From an uncultured Bacillota bacterium (GTDB taxonomy: Bacteria; Sysuimicrobiota; Sysuimicrobiia; Sysuimicrobiales; Segetimicrobiaceae), in the NCBI GenBank assembly GCA_963804645.1, contig CAWDRG010000010.1, forward strand, positions 32,001 through 96,000: 64,000 nucleotides of DNA, given 5' to 3'. Below, in pieces: positions 50,139 to 59,828 of this stretch. The translations under genes were made by a program, and so were the position numbers. Every line of letters starts with the position of its first letter. Position 1 is the stretch's first letter. The notes under the pieces are model-generated. The model saw only the letters and a list, made by a program, of their open reading frames with translations. It had not been told where the DNA came from and made no database searches.

Positions 50139-50315
50139 GCGTCCACGCCCCCTTGCCGCGCGCACACGCCGCGCGCGGCGCGAACCAGTTCGGCGCAGGC
50201 GAGCGGGAATCCCGGGCGCACGCTCACCCGCGCCCAGCGGGCCAAGGGAGGACGGCCGCCGCGGCCGAATCAAGGGAGCGTTCCCCCTGGGCCGGCATCG
50301 AGCGGAGGTGTCAGG

Positions 50316-51140
50316 ATGGCGTGTCGCGTGTTCATCTCGGCGGACATCGAAGGGGTGGCCGGCGTCGTCACGAGCCTCCAGGTCGCCGACACGGCGAGGC
50401 AGTACCAGGAGGGGCGGGAGCTCATGACCGCCGAGGTCAACGCGGCGATCGCGGGCGCGTACGACGGCGGCGCGACGGACGTGACGGTCTGCGACAGCCA
50501 CGCGGCGATGCAGAACCTGATCCCCTCGCGCCTCGACGAACGCGCGGTGCTCGTGCGCGGCGCGATGCGCGACTCGCTCCAGATGGAAGGGATGGACGCC
50601 TCGTTCCACGCGGTGTTCGTCACGGGAACGCACGGCCGCGCCGGCACGGCCGACGCGGTGATGGATCATACTTGGAACGGCGCGGTCATCTACAATCTCC
50701 GGATCAACGGGCGCACGGTCAACGAGACCGAGCTGAACGCGCTCGTCGCCCACCGCTTCGGCGTCCCCGTGGCGCTCGTCACCGGCGACGAGGCCACGCT
50801 GGCGCAGACGCGCGAGACCCTGCCGGACGCCGTCATGGTCCCGGTAAAGGCTGGCCGCGCGCGGGGCGCGGCGGCGAGCGTGCACCCCGCGGAAGCCTGC
50901 CGGCGGATCCGCGCGGGCGCGGCCGAGGCGGTGCGGACGCGCGGCAACATCGCCGTCCCGGCGGTCCCCTCCCCCCTCGTCATGGAGATCGACTACATGC
51001 GGACGGACATGGCGCAGACCGCGGCGCTCGTCCCGGGCGTCGCGCGCATCGCGCCGCGCACCGTCCGCGTCGAAGCCGACCCCGACACGATGTTCCGGAT
51101 CCAGGAATTGATCGTCTACCGGCTGCGGTACGAGCTCTAG
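50316..51140 (+). CDS. dppA: D-aminopeptidase, peptidase family M55
   Basis: ATG 50316 after GGAGG; FISADIEG, EVNAAI.GA, DSH, MDHT, VTGD. Confidence 0.88.
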   Translation: MACRVFISADIEGVAGVVTSLQVADTARQYQEGRELMTAEVNAAIAGAYDGGATDVTVCDSHAAMQNLIPSRLDERAVLVRGAMRDSLQMEGMDASFHAVFVTGTHGRAGTADAVMDHTWNGAVIYNLRINGRTVNETELNALVAHRFGVPVALVTGDEATLAQTRETLPDAVMVPVKAGRARGAAASVHPAEACRRIRAGAAEAVRTRGNIAVPAVPSPLVMEIDYMRTDMAQTAALVPGVARIAPRTVRVEADPDTMFRIQELIVYRLRYEL

Positions 51141-51180
51141 CATCGGCGGCCGTCCATTCAGCGAAGGAGGGAGATACGCG

Positions 51181-51975
51181 ATGAGACTCGGTGAGATGAC
51201 TTGGACGCAGGCCCGCGAGGCGGTGGACGCGGGCGTGACCGCGGTGCTGCCGCTCGGCTCGATCGAGGAGCACGGCCCCCACAACGTGATGGGCGACTAT
51301 CTGGCCTGCGACAAGATCACGGCCGCCGCGACGGAGCTGACCGGCGACGTCATGGCGCCGGTCGTCCCCTACGGCTACTCCGAGTACTTCCGGAACTACC
51401 CAGGCACGATCACGCTCAGGGCGTCCACGCTCGCGCGGGTGGTCACGGACGCGCTCGACTGCCTGCTGCACCATCACTTCGCCCGCGTCGCCATCTTCAA
51501 CGGCCACTCCGGCAACGGCAGCGTCCTCAACCTGGTCACGCGGCGGTTCCGCCGGATGCACGGCATCGTGATCCCGACGCTGAACGTGCTGGGGCTCACG
51601 CAGACGCCCGAGTTGATCGAGCGCGTCTACGGCGGGAAAGTCGGCCTCGGCCACGGCGGCGAACCGATGGGGTCGCTGATGATGCACGTCGCGCCCGGCA
51701 AGGTGCGCATGGAGCGCGCCGGCGAGTGGGGCCGGGGGCAGGTGTTCGGCGTGCCGACGGAGGGCCTCGATGGGATCCGCGTCGATGGCATCCGCGTGTC
51801 GGTCCCCCTCGACATGGAGGACGTGACGCCGCCGAGCGGGAGCCTGTCCGACCCGACGCTCGCGACGCCGGAGCGCGGTCGGCAGCTGTTCGACAGTGCG
51901 GTCGACGGGTGCGCACGATTCCTCCGGTGGTTCCGAAACGTGGACCCCTACCTCGGGAGCGGCGCGCCCCGATAG
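51181..51975 (+). CDS. creatininase / creatinine amidohydrolase family protein
   Basis: LPLGSIEEHGPH...D, PGTITL, NGHSGN, HGGE, AT.ERG. Confidence 0.9.
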   Translation: MRLGEMTWTQAREAVDAGVTAVLPLGSIEEHGPHNVMGDYLACDKITAAATELTGDVMAPVVPYGYSEYFRNYPGTITLRASTLARVVTDALDCLLHHHFARVAIFNGHSGNGSVLNLVTRRFRRMHGIVIPTLNVLGLTQTPELIERVYGGKVGLGHGGEPMGSLMMHVAPGKVRMERAGEWGRGQVFGVPTEGLDGIRVDGIRVSVPLDMEDVTPPSGSLSDPTLATPERGRQLFDSAVDGCARFLRWFRNVDPYLGSGAPR

Positions 51976-52026
51976 CGCGTGCGCGCGACCGGCGGAGCGC
52001 AGCGGCCGAAAGGAGGGGGTGTGGCG

Positions 52027-53031
52027 ATGAGAGACCTTCACACGATCCCGCGGGTCCAGCTGGCGTTTACGCCGACGCCCCTCCAGGACGTCCCGCGGCT
52101 GGCGAAGACGCTTGGTCTCCGGCGCCTGCTGATCAAGCGAGACGACCAGACCGGGCTTGCGCTCGGAGGGAACAAGGCGCGCAAGCTGGAGTTTCTGCTT
52201 GCCGACGCAATCGCCCAGGGCGCGGACACGGTCGTGACCATGGGCGGCCCGCAGTCCAACCACTGCCGCATGACCGCGGCGGCCGCCCGGGTGTGCGGCC
52301 TGCGGGCGCAGTTGGTGTTCAACACGTACGACCTGCGGCCGGTCGACGACGTGCAGGGCAATATGATCCTCGACCGGTTGCTGGGCGCATCCTGGAGGTT
52401 CACCAAGCCGGGCCAAACGAGGAACGACTGCGTGCAGGAAGTCGCGGCGGAGCTCACCGCGCAGGGGCGCAGGCCGTACATCATCCCGGCCGGAGGCAGC
52501 AACGGCCTCGGCGTCTTGGGCTACGTCAGGGCGGCCCTGGAGCTGTCCGAGCAGTGCCGCGACCTCGGGGTGACGCCCGACTATATCGTGTGCGCTGGCG
52601 GGTCCTACGGAACGCAGGCCGGCCTCGAGTTGGGCGTGCGCCTCGCCGGGCTGCCGTCGCGGGTCGTCGGTGTCGGCGTGTCGGGCCTGGTCCCCGAGAT
52701 TCACGCCCGCATCGCGTCCTTGGTGGAGGCGGCGGCGGGCTTCCTGGAGACCTCGGTTCCTGGGGCTGATCCGCTGGTCTGGGAGGATTACGCCGGCGAC
52801 GGGTACGGCGTGCCGACCGAGGCATCGCGGCAGGCCCTAGAATTGGTCGCGTCGACGGAGGGCATTCTGCTGGACCCCGTGTATACCGCCAAGGCGTTTT
52901 CCGGCCTCATGGGAGAACGTCGCCGGGGCCGAATCACACCCGATGACGTCGTGGTCTTCGTGCACACGGGAGGCGCCCCTGCGCTCTTCGCCGAGCAGCG
53001 GCTGTATTGGGGGCCCGTCCCCACCGGCTGA
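52027..53031 (+). CDS. D-cysteine desulfhydrase / ACC deaminase family PLP enzyme
   Basis: IKRDDQTG..GGNKARKLE, QSNHCR, IPAGGS, LDPVYTAK, HTGG. Confidence 0.9.
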   Translation: MRDLHTIPRVQLAFTPTPLQDVPRLAKTLGLRRLLIKRDDQTGLALGGNKARKLEFLLADAIAQGADTVVTMGGPQSNHCRMTAAAARVCGLRAQLVFNTYDLRPVDDVQGNMILDRLLGASWRFTKPGQTRNDCVQEVAAELTAQGRRPYIIPAGGSNGLGVLGYVRAALELSEQCRDLGVTPDYIVCAGGSYGTQAGLELGVRLAGLPSRVVGVGVSGLVPEIHARIASLVEAAAGFLETSVPGADPLVWEDYAGDGYGVPTEASRQALELVASTEGILLDPVYTAKAFSGLMGERRRGRITPDDVVVFVHTGGAPALFAEQRLYWGPVPTG

Positions 53032-53113
53032 GCGGCCCGCCGGCAGATGACGCGGCCCCTGTGAGGCTCGTCCCGCGGCAGGAGTACGGGCCTGCAGGCG
53101 GAATGCGTGGCCC

Positions 53114-54658
53114 ATGTGGGTTCGGGTCGCGGCCACCGTGGGTATCCTGGCCGTCGCGGTCGCAGTCGGGATTCACCCCGCGTTTCCGGCGCCATCCAGC
53201 ACCGCGCTCACCTACGCCCTGATCTCCACCGGGACGAGCAAGATTCCGGCCTTCACGACCACCGGAGAAGACGTGCAGGTCATGACGCAGCTGTACGACG
53301 CGCTGCTGCAGGTGGACCCGAAGACGCTCAAGGTCGGCCCGGACTTGGCCACCGGGTACACGGTCAGCCGCGACGGCCTCACGTGGACCTTCACGCTCCG
53401 CAAGGGCGTCAAGTGGCAGCGCGGTTTCGGCGACTTCACCTGCGCCGACGTACAGTTCACCTGGGCGCTCCACAAGAATCCGGACACGCATTCGTTCTGG
53501 CGGACGGAGGCCGAGACCGCGGACAGCGTGAGCTGCCCGGACCCGTACACGGCCGTGCTGCACCTGCGCGCGCCGTTCCAGGGGTTCCTTTGGAACGTCG
53601 TCAACGTCCAGCCGTCAACCGGGTGGGTGCTGTCCAAGGCGGCGTGGGACAAGCTCGGCCGGGCGGGCTACGAGAAGACGCCCGTCGGCACCGGCCCGTT
53701 CGTGTACGACACGCTGCTGGCCGGCCAAAGCCAGACGCTGACCCGCAACCCGGACTACTGGGGCCAACGTCCGGGTGTGGACACGGTCACGTACGTCGTC
53801 GTGGCCGACAGCCAGACCGCGGCGCTCGCGGTCAAGAGCGGCGCCCTCGACATCGACGGCACCGTCGACCCCGTCACCGCGGCGTCGTACAGCCATGACC
53901 CCAGCGTCCGCCTCGTGATGAAGCCCTCGTTCTTCATCGATTACCTGGCGGTCAACACGTCGCTCAAGCCGTTTGACAACGTGGACGTGCGCCAGGCGAT
54001 GCGGGACGCGATCGACTACAAAGGGCTCGTGTCGTCGGTCTTCCAGAACTTCGCGGTCCCGGGCTACGCCGGACTGCTGCTGCCCGGGATGGTCGGCTAC
54101 GACCCGTCGATCAGCCCGCAGAACGTGTACGCACCTGACAAGGCAAGAGCGCTGCTGCGGGAATCCGCCGTGCCGCTCCCGATTCGCGGATTCTTCACCA
54201 CGTACAACGACACGAAGGACATCAACATGGCGCAGTTCATCGCCGCGAACTTTGCCGCGGTGGGGATCGACCTCCAGGCGCGGCCGCTCGAGCGGGGCAC
54301 GCTGGTACAGGAGCGCGTCCAAGCCACGACCCCGGCCTCGGTGATCGGGACGATCTACACGACCGACCCGGACTTCGCGTTCGCCACCTTCACCAGCGCG
54401 AATCTGCCTCCGGCAGGGCTGAACATTCCGCGCTACACGCGGATCGATGCGCTGTACACACAGCAGCACACTGCGGTGACCGCCGCGGACCGCCTCCGCG
54501 CGGTCAAGCAGGCGTCTCAGCGGCTCGCCATGGACGTGCCGATCATCGAGCTGATTCAGCAGCAGGATCTCTGGCTCGCCAACCCGCGCGTGCAGAACTT
54601 CGAGCCCACGATTCTGTTTAGCGGCGACCCGCTCTGGCCGGTGACGCTGAGACCGTAG
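53114..54658 (+). CDS. peptide/nickel ABC transporter substrate-binding protein (family 5)
   Basis: Signal peptide; LYDALL, S.DGLTWTFTLRKGVKW, PVGTGPF, RNPDYWG, PFDNVDVRQA. Confidence 0.9.
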   Translation: MWVRVAATVGILAVAVAVGIHPAFPAPSSTALTYALISTGTSKIPAFTTTGEDVQVMTQLYDALLQVDPKTLKVGPDLATGYTVSRDGLTWTFTLRKGVKWQRGFGDFTCADVQFTWALHKNPDTHSFWRTEAETADSVSCPDPYTAVLHLRAPFQGFLWNVVNVQPSTGWVLSKAAWDKLGRAGYEKTPVGTGPFVYDTLLAGQSQTLTRNPDYWGQRPGVDTVTYVVVADSQTAALAVKSGALDIDGTVDPVTAASYSHDPSVRLVMKPSFFIDYLAVNTSLKPFDNVDVRQAMRDAIDYKGLVSSVFQNFAVPGYAGLLLPGMVGYDPSISPQNVYAPDKARALLRESAVPLPIRGFFTTYNDTKDINMAQFIAANFAAVGIDLQARPLERGTLVQERVQATTPASVIGTIYTTDPDFAFATFTSANLPPAGLNIPRYTRIDALYTQQHTAVTAADRLRAVKQASQRLAMDVPIIELIQQQDLWLANPRVQNFEPTILFSGDPLWPVTLRP

Positions 54659-54689
54659 CCCGGTCGAGCCGTACGAGCGCCGTCTGGGA

Positions 54690-55922
54690 CTACTCCGGGC
54701 CGAGACGCGCCCGCAGCAGCGCCTGCTCCGCGGGATTCGCCGTCAGCGCGATCGCGCGGAGGTCGGCCGCCCTCGCCTCTTCGGCGCGGCCGAGCGCGCG
54801 CAGCAGCTCGGCGCGGGTCGCGTGGAACAGATGGTACCGGTCGAGCGCCGGCGCGAGCGCGTCGGTCTCCGCGAGCGCCGCGGCGGGGTCCGCCGCGTAG
54901 CGGAGCGCGATCGCGCGGTTGAGGGCGACGATCGGCGACGGGTCGAACCGCGCGAGCACGTCGTACAGCGCCAGGATCTCCGCCCAGTCCGTCGTCTCCC
55001 AGGACGCCGCCTCTGCGTGGCACGCCACGATCGCCGCCTGCAGCTGGTACGGCCCCGGGTGCCGCAGCCGCGCCGCCTGCTCGAGGAGCGCGACGGCGCC
55101 CGAGATCGCCGCGCGGTCCCACCGGCGCCGGTCCTGGTGCTGAAGCAGCACGAGGCGCCCCTCGGGGCCGAGCCGCGCCCGGTCGCGCGCCCGGTGCAGA
55201 CGGATCAGCGCGAGCAGGCCCATGACCTCAGGCTGATCGGGAAGCAGACGTGCGAGCAGCGCCGTCAGCCACTCCGCGTCCTCCGCGAGGTCTCGCCGTG
55301 CCGCCGCGGGCCCGCCGGTCGACAGATAGCCTTCATTGAAGAGCAGATACAGGACGCGCAGCACGCCGGTGAGGCGCGCGGTGAGATCTCCGGGGCCCGG
55401 CACGCGATACGGAATCCGCGCCTCCACGATCTTCCGCTTGGCGCGCACGATCCGCTGCGCGATCGCCGGCTCGTTCGAGAGGAACGCCCGCGCGATCTCC
55501 GCGGTCGTCAGCCCGAGGACGGCGCGCAGCGTCAGCGCGAGCTGCCCCTCCGGAGCGAGGGCCGGATGGCAGCACGTGAAGATCAGCCGGAGGCGGTCGT
55601 CGGGCTCACCCGGAGGACCGTCGGGCTCCACGAAGGCGCGCGCCAGCAGCTCCTGATAGCGGCTCTCGCGCCGCCAGCGGTCGATCGCCTTGCGGCGGGC
55701 GGCCGTGAGCAACCACGCGCCGGGGCGATCCGGGATCCCCTCGGTCGGCCAGTGCTGGAGCGCGGCCAGCAGCGCGTCCTGGACGAGGTCCTCCGCGTCG
55801 TTGAAGTTGCCCAGCGCGCGCACGAGCGCGCCGGTCAGCCGCCCCGTCTCCTCCCGAACGACGCGGACGATCGCGGCGTGCGTCGCCGCGACCGCCCCGC
55901 GCCCAGGGCCCTGGCTATCCAC
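54690..55922 (-). CDS. ECF sigma factor with C-terminal TPR-like extension (ECF42-type)
   Basis: AEDLVQDA, DDRLRLIFTCCHPAL, YLLFNEGY, GPYQLQAAI, VALNRA; adjacent DGPF gene. Confidence 0.9.
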   Translation of the reverse strand: MDSQGPGRGAVAATHAAIVRVVREETGRLTGALVRALGNFNDAEDLVQDALLAALQHWPTEGIPDRPGAWLLTAARRKAIDRWRRESRYQELLARAFVEPDGPPGEPDDRLRLIFTCCHPALAPEGQLALTLRAVLGLTTAEIARAFLSNEPAIAQRIVRAKRKIVEARIPYRVPGPGDLTARLTGVLRVLYLLFNEGYLSTGGPAAARRDLAEDAEWLTALLARLLPDQPEVMGLLALIRLHRARDRARLGPEGRLVLLQHQDRRRWDRAAISGAVALLEQAARLRHPGPYQLQAAIVACHAEAASWETTDWAEILALYDVLARFDPSPIVALNRAIALRYAADPAAALAETDALAPALDRYHLFHATRAELLRALGRAEEARAADLRAIALTANPAEQALLRARLGPE

Positions 55923-56250
55923 GCTCCACGATCGGCCTGATCTCCACCAGATGGTTCTGGGGGGCCGGCCACGACTTGGCGATCGCGATCGCGGCGTCGA
56001 GATCCGGGACGTCGAGAATGCCGTACCCGCCGATCGTTTCCTTGGCCTCGACGAACGGTCCGTCGGTGACGACCGGCTGGCCGCCCTTCCACCGCACCGT
56101 CGTGGCGGTGCTGGCGGATCGCAGCTGATGGCCGCCGATGATGCGCCCCGCGCGCGCATGCTCGCCCCACCACCGCATGACCGACTCGCTCGGACCCTCC
56201 TTCTCCATCGCTTCCCCGTCCGTCTGCACCAGCAGCATCATGTACTTCAT
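55915..56250 (-). CDS. YCII-related DGPF protein
   Basis: MKYMMLL, ATTVR, VTDGPFVEAKE.IGGY, VEIRP. Confidence 0.92.
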   Translation of the reverse strand: MKYMMLLVQTDGEAMEKEGPSESVMRWWGEHARAGRIIGGHQLRSASTATTVRWKGGQPVVTDGPFVEAKETIGGYGILDVPDLDAAIAIAKSWPAPQNHLVEIRPIVERG

Positions 56251-56298
56251 GGCCGCGCTCCTCCCCAACCCGATGTGCGGTTCGCCTTCACCCTTCTC

Positions 56299-56325
56299 GA
56301 CGAACGGAAGGGGCTGAATTCGACA
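56299..56325 (-). promoter_or_regulatory. ECF42-type promoter TGTCGA-N17-CGTC upstream of DGPF gene
   Basis: Matches the -35 TGTCGA / -10 CG(A/T)C pattern known for ECF42 autoregulation, ~50 nt before ATG. Confidence 0.65.
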
Positions 56326-56361
56326 GCCCCCGGACGCCGCCCGACGTCCTGGCGCGCGCGG

Positions 56362-57234
56362 CTAGGCGCGTTGCCGCGGGTCCAGCGCGTCGCGCAGGCC
56401 GTCGCCGACCATGTTGAACGCGAGCGTGACGACCAGAATCACGAGGCCTGGGACCACGACGAGCTGCGGGCTGCTCGTAATGTAGTCGCGGCCGATGCTC
56501 ATCATCGCCCCCCACTCGGGCGTCGGCGGCTGGACGCCCAGCCCGAGAAAGCTCAGCCCGGACACGGTGAGGATCGCCGTGGCCAGGCGCAGCGTCGCCT
56601 CGACCACCAGCGGCGACAGAATGTTCGGAAACACGTGCCGCGCCATGATCAACCGCTCGCTCGCCCCGAGGGTCCGCGCCGCCTGCACGTAGACCTCTTC
56701 CCGTACCAAGAGCGTCGACCCGCGGGCGATGCGCGCGAACGGCGGGATCGAGTTGACGCCGATCGCGATGATGACGTTGCCCATGCTGGGGCCGAGCGCG
56801 GCGATGATCGCGACCGCGAGCAGAAACCCCGGCAGCGCGAGCAGGACGTCCATGATCCGCATGATCGCGGTGTCCGCGGCGCCGCCGCGGTACCCGGCCA
56901 CCACCCCGAGCGCCGAGCCGCTCACGAACGCGATCGCCACGGCCGCGCCCGTGACGAGCAGCGTGTTGCGCCCGCCCCAGATGAGCCGGCTCAGCACGTC
57001 GCGGCCGAGCTCGTCGGTCCCGAGCGGGTGGGCGCGCGACGGGGCCGCCGTGGTATGGCTCATGTCGAACGCGTTCGGACTGTAGGGGGCGAGCAGCGGC
57101 GCCGCCGCGCTCACCGCGACGGCGAGTACCAGGACCGCGAGCCCCGCGACCGCGGCGCGGTGGCGCCCAAACTGCCGGACCGCCCGGGCCGCCGGAGTCT
57201 GCCCCGCCGGCAGCGCCGGCACCGCCACCGCCAT
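56362..57234 (-). CDS. peptide ABC transporter permease (DppC/OppC-like)
   Basis: HPLGTDELGRDVLSR, YVQAARTLGA, LSFLGLG..PP.PEWG, GDGLRDALDP. Confidence 0.93.
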   Translation of the reverse strand: MAVAVPALPAGQTPAARAVRQFGRHRAAVAGLAVLVLAVAVSAAAPLLAPYSPNAFDMSHTTAAPSRAHPLGTDELGRDVLSRLIWGGRNTLLVTGAAVAIAFVSGSALGVVAGYRGGAADTAIMRIMDVLLALPGFLLAVAIIAALGPSMGNVIIAIGVNSIPPFARIARGSTLLVREEVYVQAARTLGASERLIMARHVFPNILSPLVVEATLRLATAILTVSGLSFLGLGVQPPTPEWGAMMSIGRDYITSSPQLVVVPGLVILVVTLAFNMVGDGLRDALDPRQRA

Positions 57235-58154
57235 CAGTCGAACCGGATCCGGGGATCGAGGTAGGCGTAGAGCACGTCGACCGCGAGGTTGACGACGATG
57301 AACGTGATCGACAGCACCATCACGGCCGACTGCACGACCACGACGTCGCGCGAGCGGATCGAGTCGACGATCAGCCGGCCGAGCCCCGGCCGGGCGAACA
57401 CGGTCTCCGTCAACACGGTCCCGCTCAGGAGATACCCGAGCTGGAGCCCCACCACCGTGACGATCGGGATGACCGCGTTCCGAAACGCGTGGCGCATCAC
57501 CACCGCCCAGCGCGTCGCCCCTTTGGCTTCGGCCGTGCGCAGATAGTCCTGCTGGAGGACCTCCAGCATGGCCGACCGGACCTGCCGGGCGATGATCGCC
57601 GTCGACGCCGCGCCGAGCGTCAGCGCCGGGAGAATGAGCTGGGCGGTCGTTCCGGCGCCGGTGCTCGGCAGCCAGCGCAGGTCGACCGAGAACGTCATCA
57701 TCAGCATCAGCCCGAGCCAGAAGATCGGCATCGACACCCCGAGCGCGGCGCCGACCGACGCGATCGCGTCCCAGGCCGAGCGCTGGTGCGTGGCCGCGGT
57801 CACGCCCATCACGACGCCCGCCGCCACGGCCAGCCCCAGCGCGGAGCCCGCGAGCTCCGCGGTCGGCCGCACGCGGGTGGCGATCTCGTACGAGACCGGC
57901 CGGCGCGTGACCGCCGACCGGCCGAGGTCGAACCGGGCCAGGCGGCCCAGCCACAACGCGTACTGCACGTACACGGGGCGGTCGAGACCCAGCTCGTGGC
58001 GGATCGCCTGGACGTCGGCGGCCGTCGCGTCCGTGCCGGCCACGACCACGGCCGCGTCGCCCGGGATCATCTTCAAGATCCCGAACACGATCAGGGAGAC
58101 GCCGAGCACCACCGGGAGGGCCCAGAGGACGCGCCCGGCGATGTGGCGCAGCAT
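57234..58154 (-). CDS. peptide ABC transporter permease (DppB/OppB-like)
   Basis: IPGD, LGLDRP, P.FWLG, DYLRTA.AKG, ETVFARPGLG, LDPRI. Confidence 0.93.
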   Translation of the reverse strand: MLRHIAGRVLWALPVVLGVSLIVFGILKMIPGDAAVVVAGTDATAADVQAIRHELGLDRPVYVQYALWLGRLARFDLGRSAVTRRPVSYEIATRVRPTAELAGSALGLAVAAGVVMGVTAATHQRSAWDAIASVGAALGVSMPIFWLGLMLMMTFSVDLRWLPSTGAGTTAQLILPALTLGAASTAIIARQVRSAMLEVLQQDYLRTAEAKGATRWAVVMRHAFRNAVIPIVTVVGLQLGYLLSGTVLTETVFARPGLGRLIVDSIRSRDVVVVQSAVMVLSITFIVVNLAVDVLYAYLDPRIRFD

Positions 58155-58172
58155 CAGGCTAGGGGCGCGGGC

Positions 58173-59768
58173 TCAGGAGCGGCGCGCGAGCTGACCGGGC
58201 ACGAAGTCTCCGGTGGGCAGGACGATATAGCCCGAGGTGCCGTTGCGCGAGCCCCAGAGATTCACCATCTGGAACAGGTAGATCAGGGGCTGGTCCTGCC
58301 AGATCAGCGCCTGCGCCTGCCTGAGGATCGGCAGCCGCTTCGCCGGGTCGAACGTGCTGCGCTCCTGGTCGAGCAGCTTGTCGACCTGCGGGTTCGAGTA
58401 GCCGGTGCGCTGCTGCGTCCCCGGCACGTTCGTCGCCGCGGAGTCGTACATGCGGTAGAGGTGATAGTCGATGTACGGGCTGGCCTTGAGGAGCGACGTC
58501 ATCGCCCCCGGGCGGGAGTCCGGATCCGACGAACTGCCGACCAGCAGCGTCGCGAAGTCCATCGAGTGGACGACCACCCGCAGGCCGATGAGCGTCCAGT
58601 ACCCCTGGACGGCCTCGACGACCTGGGTGTCGCCGGCCCACCGGCCGTCGGTGATGTTGATCGTCAGGTCCATGCCGTTCGGGTAGCCCGCCTCGGCCAG
58701 CAGGTTCTTCGCCGCGACCGGGTCGTACTTCACCGGCGCAAAATTATAGCTGCCCCAGATCCCCGGGATCCCCGGGCTGTTCAGCGGGATCGCGTACCCC
58801 TTCATGATCCCGCGGATGATCGCGTCCTTGTCGATCGCCATGTTGAGCGCGCGGCGGACCCGGACGTCGTGGAGCGGCGCCTTCGTCTGCGCCGGCTCGA
58901 GCTCCGCGATCTCCGCGGCCGGCGTCGCACGGGCGGTCAGGCCGGTCTCCTGCTTGAGGGCGTCGATGTCCGCGGGCGGCAGATCCAGCACGACGTCCGC
59001 CTCGCCGGTCTTGAGCACGACCACGCGCGCGGCCGCTTCCGGAATCGGCCGGTACACGAACCGCCGCACCCGCGGCTTGGGCCCCCAGTAGTCGGGGTTC
59101 GCCGTGGCCGAGGCGTGATCGTTCGGCACCCACTCCTCGAACGCGAACGCGCCGGTGCCGACGGGGTGCCGCCCGAAATCCTGTCCGTAGGTCCGCAGCG
59201 CCGTGGGGCTCACGATCTTGGCGGACCCGTCGGCCATGAGCAGCGCAAAGTCGGGGTTCGGCGGGTCGGTGGTGAAGCGCACCGTGTGGTCGTCGGGCGT
59301 GGCGACGTCCTTGATGAGCTGGTAGTTGCCGCGCCGCGTCGCGGGCACGCTCTTGTCGTTGATGTGGTCGATCGTCGCCTTGACCGCGGCGGACGTGAAC
59401 GGCGTCCCGTCGTGGAACTTGACCCCGGACCGCAGCACGAACGTCCAGGTCCGGCCGTCCGGGGCAACGCTCCACGAGGTCGCGAGCGCGGGCACGATCT
59501 CTCCCTTTTCGTTCCACTGGACGAGCCCGTCGAAGATCGCGTTGATGATCCCCTGGAACGGACCCGTGCCGACCGCGGGGTCAAGACTGTTCGGCTCGGT
59601 GCCCTGCGACACCACGAAGGTGTCGTTCCGCGCCACCGGACTCGACGCCGCGCGGACGATCACCGCGGGAACCCCCCGCGACGCGGCCCCCGCGCCGAGC
59701 GCGAGCGCCACCGCGCCCGACCGCACCGCCGCCTGCTTCAGCAACTCACGACGCCGAATCCGCTTCAT
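58173..59768 (-). CDS. peptide ABC transporter substrate-binding protein with Tat-like signal
   Basis: IRRRELLK twin-arginine motif; SLDP, LATSW, VKFHDGTP, PVGTG. Confidence 0.9.
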   Translation of the reverse strand: MKRIRRRELLKQAAVRSGAVALALGAGAASRGVPAVIVRAASSPVARNDTFVVSQGTEPNSLDPAVGTGPFQGIINAIFDGLVQWNEKGEIVPALATSWSVAPDGRTWTFVLRSGVKFHDGTPFTSAAVKATIDHINDKSVPATRRGNYQLIKDVATPDDHTVRFTTDPPNPDFALLMADGSAKIVSPTALRTYGQDFGRHPVGTGAFAFEEWVPNDHASATANPDYWGPKPRVRRFVYRPIPEAAARVVVLKTGEADVVLDLPPADIDALKQETGLTARATPAAEIAELEPAQTKAPLHDVRVRRALNMAIDKDAIIRGIMKGYAIPLNSPGIPGIWGSYNFAPVKYDPVAAKNLLAEAGYPNGMDLTINITDGRWAGDTQVVEAVQGYWTLIGLRVVVHSMDFATLLVGSSSDPDSRPGAMTSLLKASPYIDYHLYRMYDSAATNVPGTQQRTGYSNPQVDKLLDQERSTFDPAKRLPILRQAQALIWQDQPLIYLFQMVNLWGSRNGTSGYIVLPTGDFVPGQLARRS

Positions 59769-59828
59769 GCCATCACTCCCCTTGTCGTAGTCCGGTCCCC
59801 CGTGCCCGCCCCGCTCCGCCTCCCTACC

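Noticed and set aside
47088..51140. 1350-aa ORF
   Set aside because: Shadow frame antisense to acetoacetate-CoA ligase and RraA; only the last 274 aa (DppA) look real.
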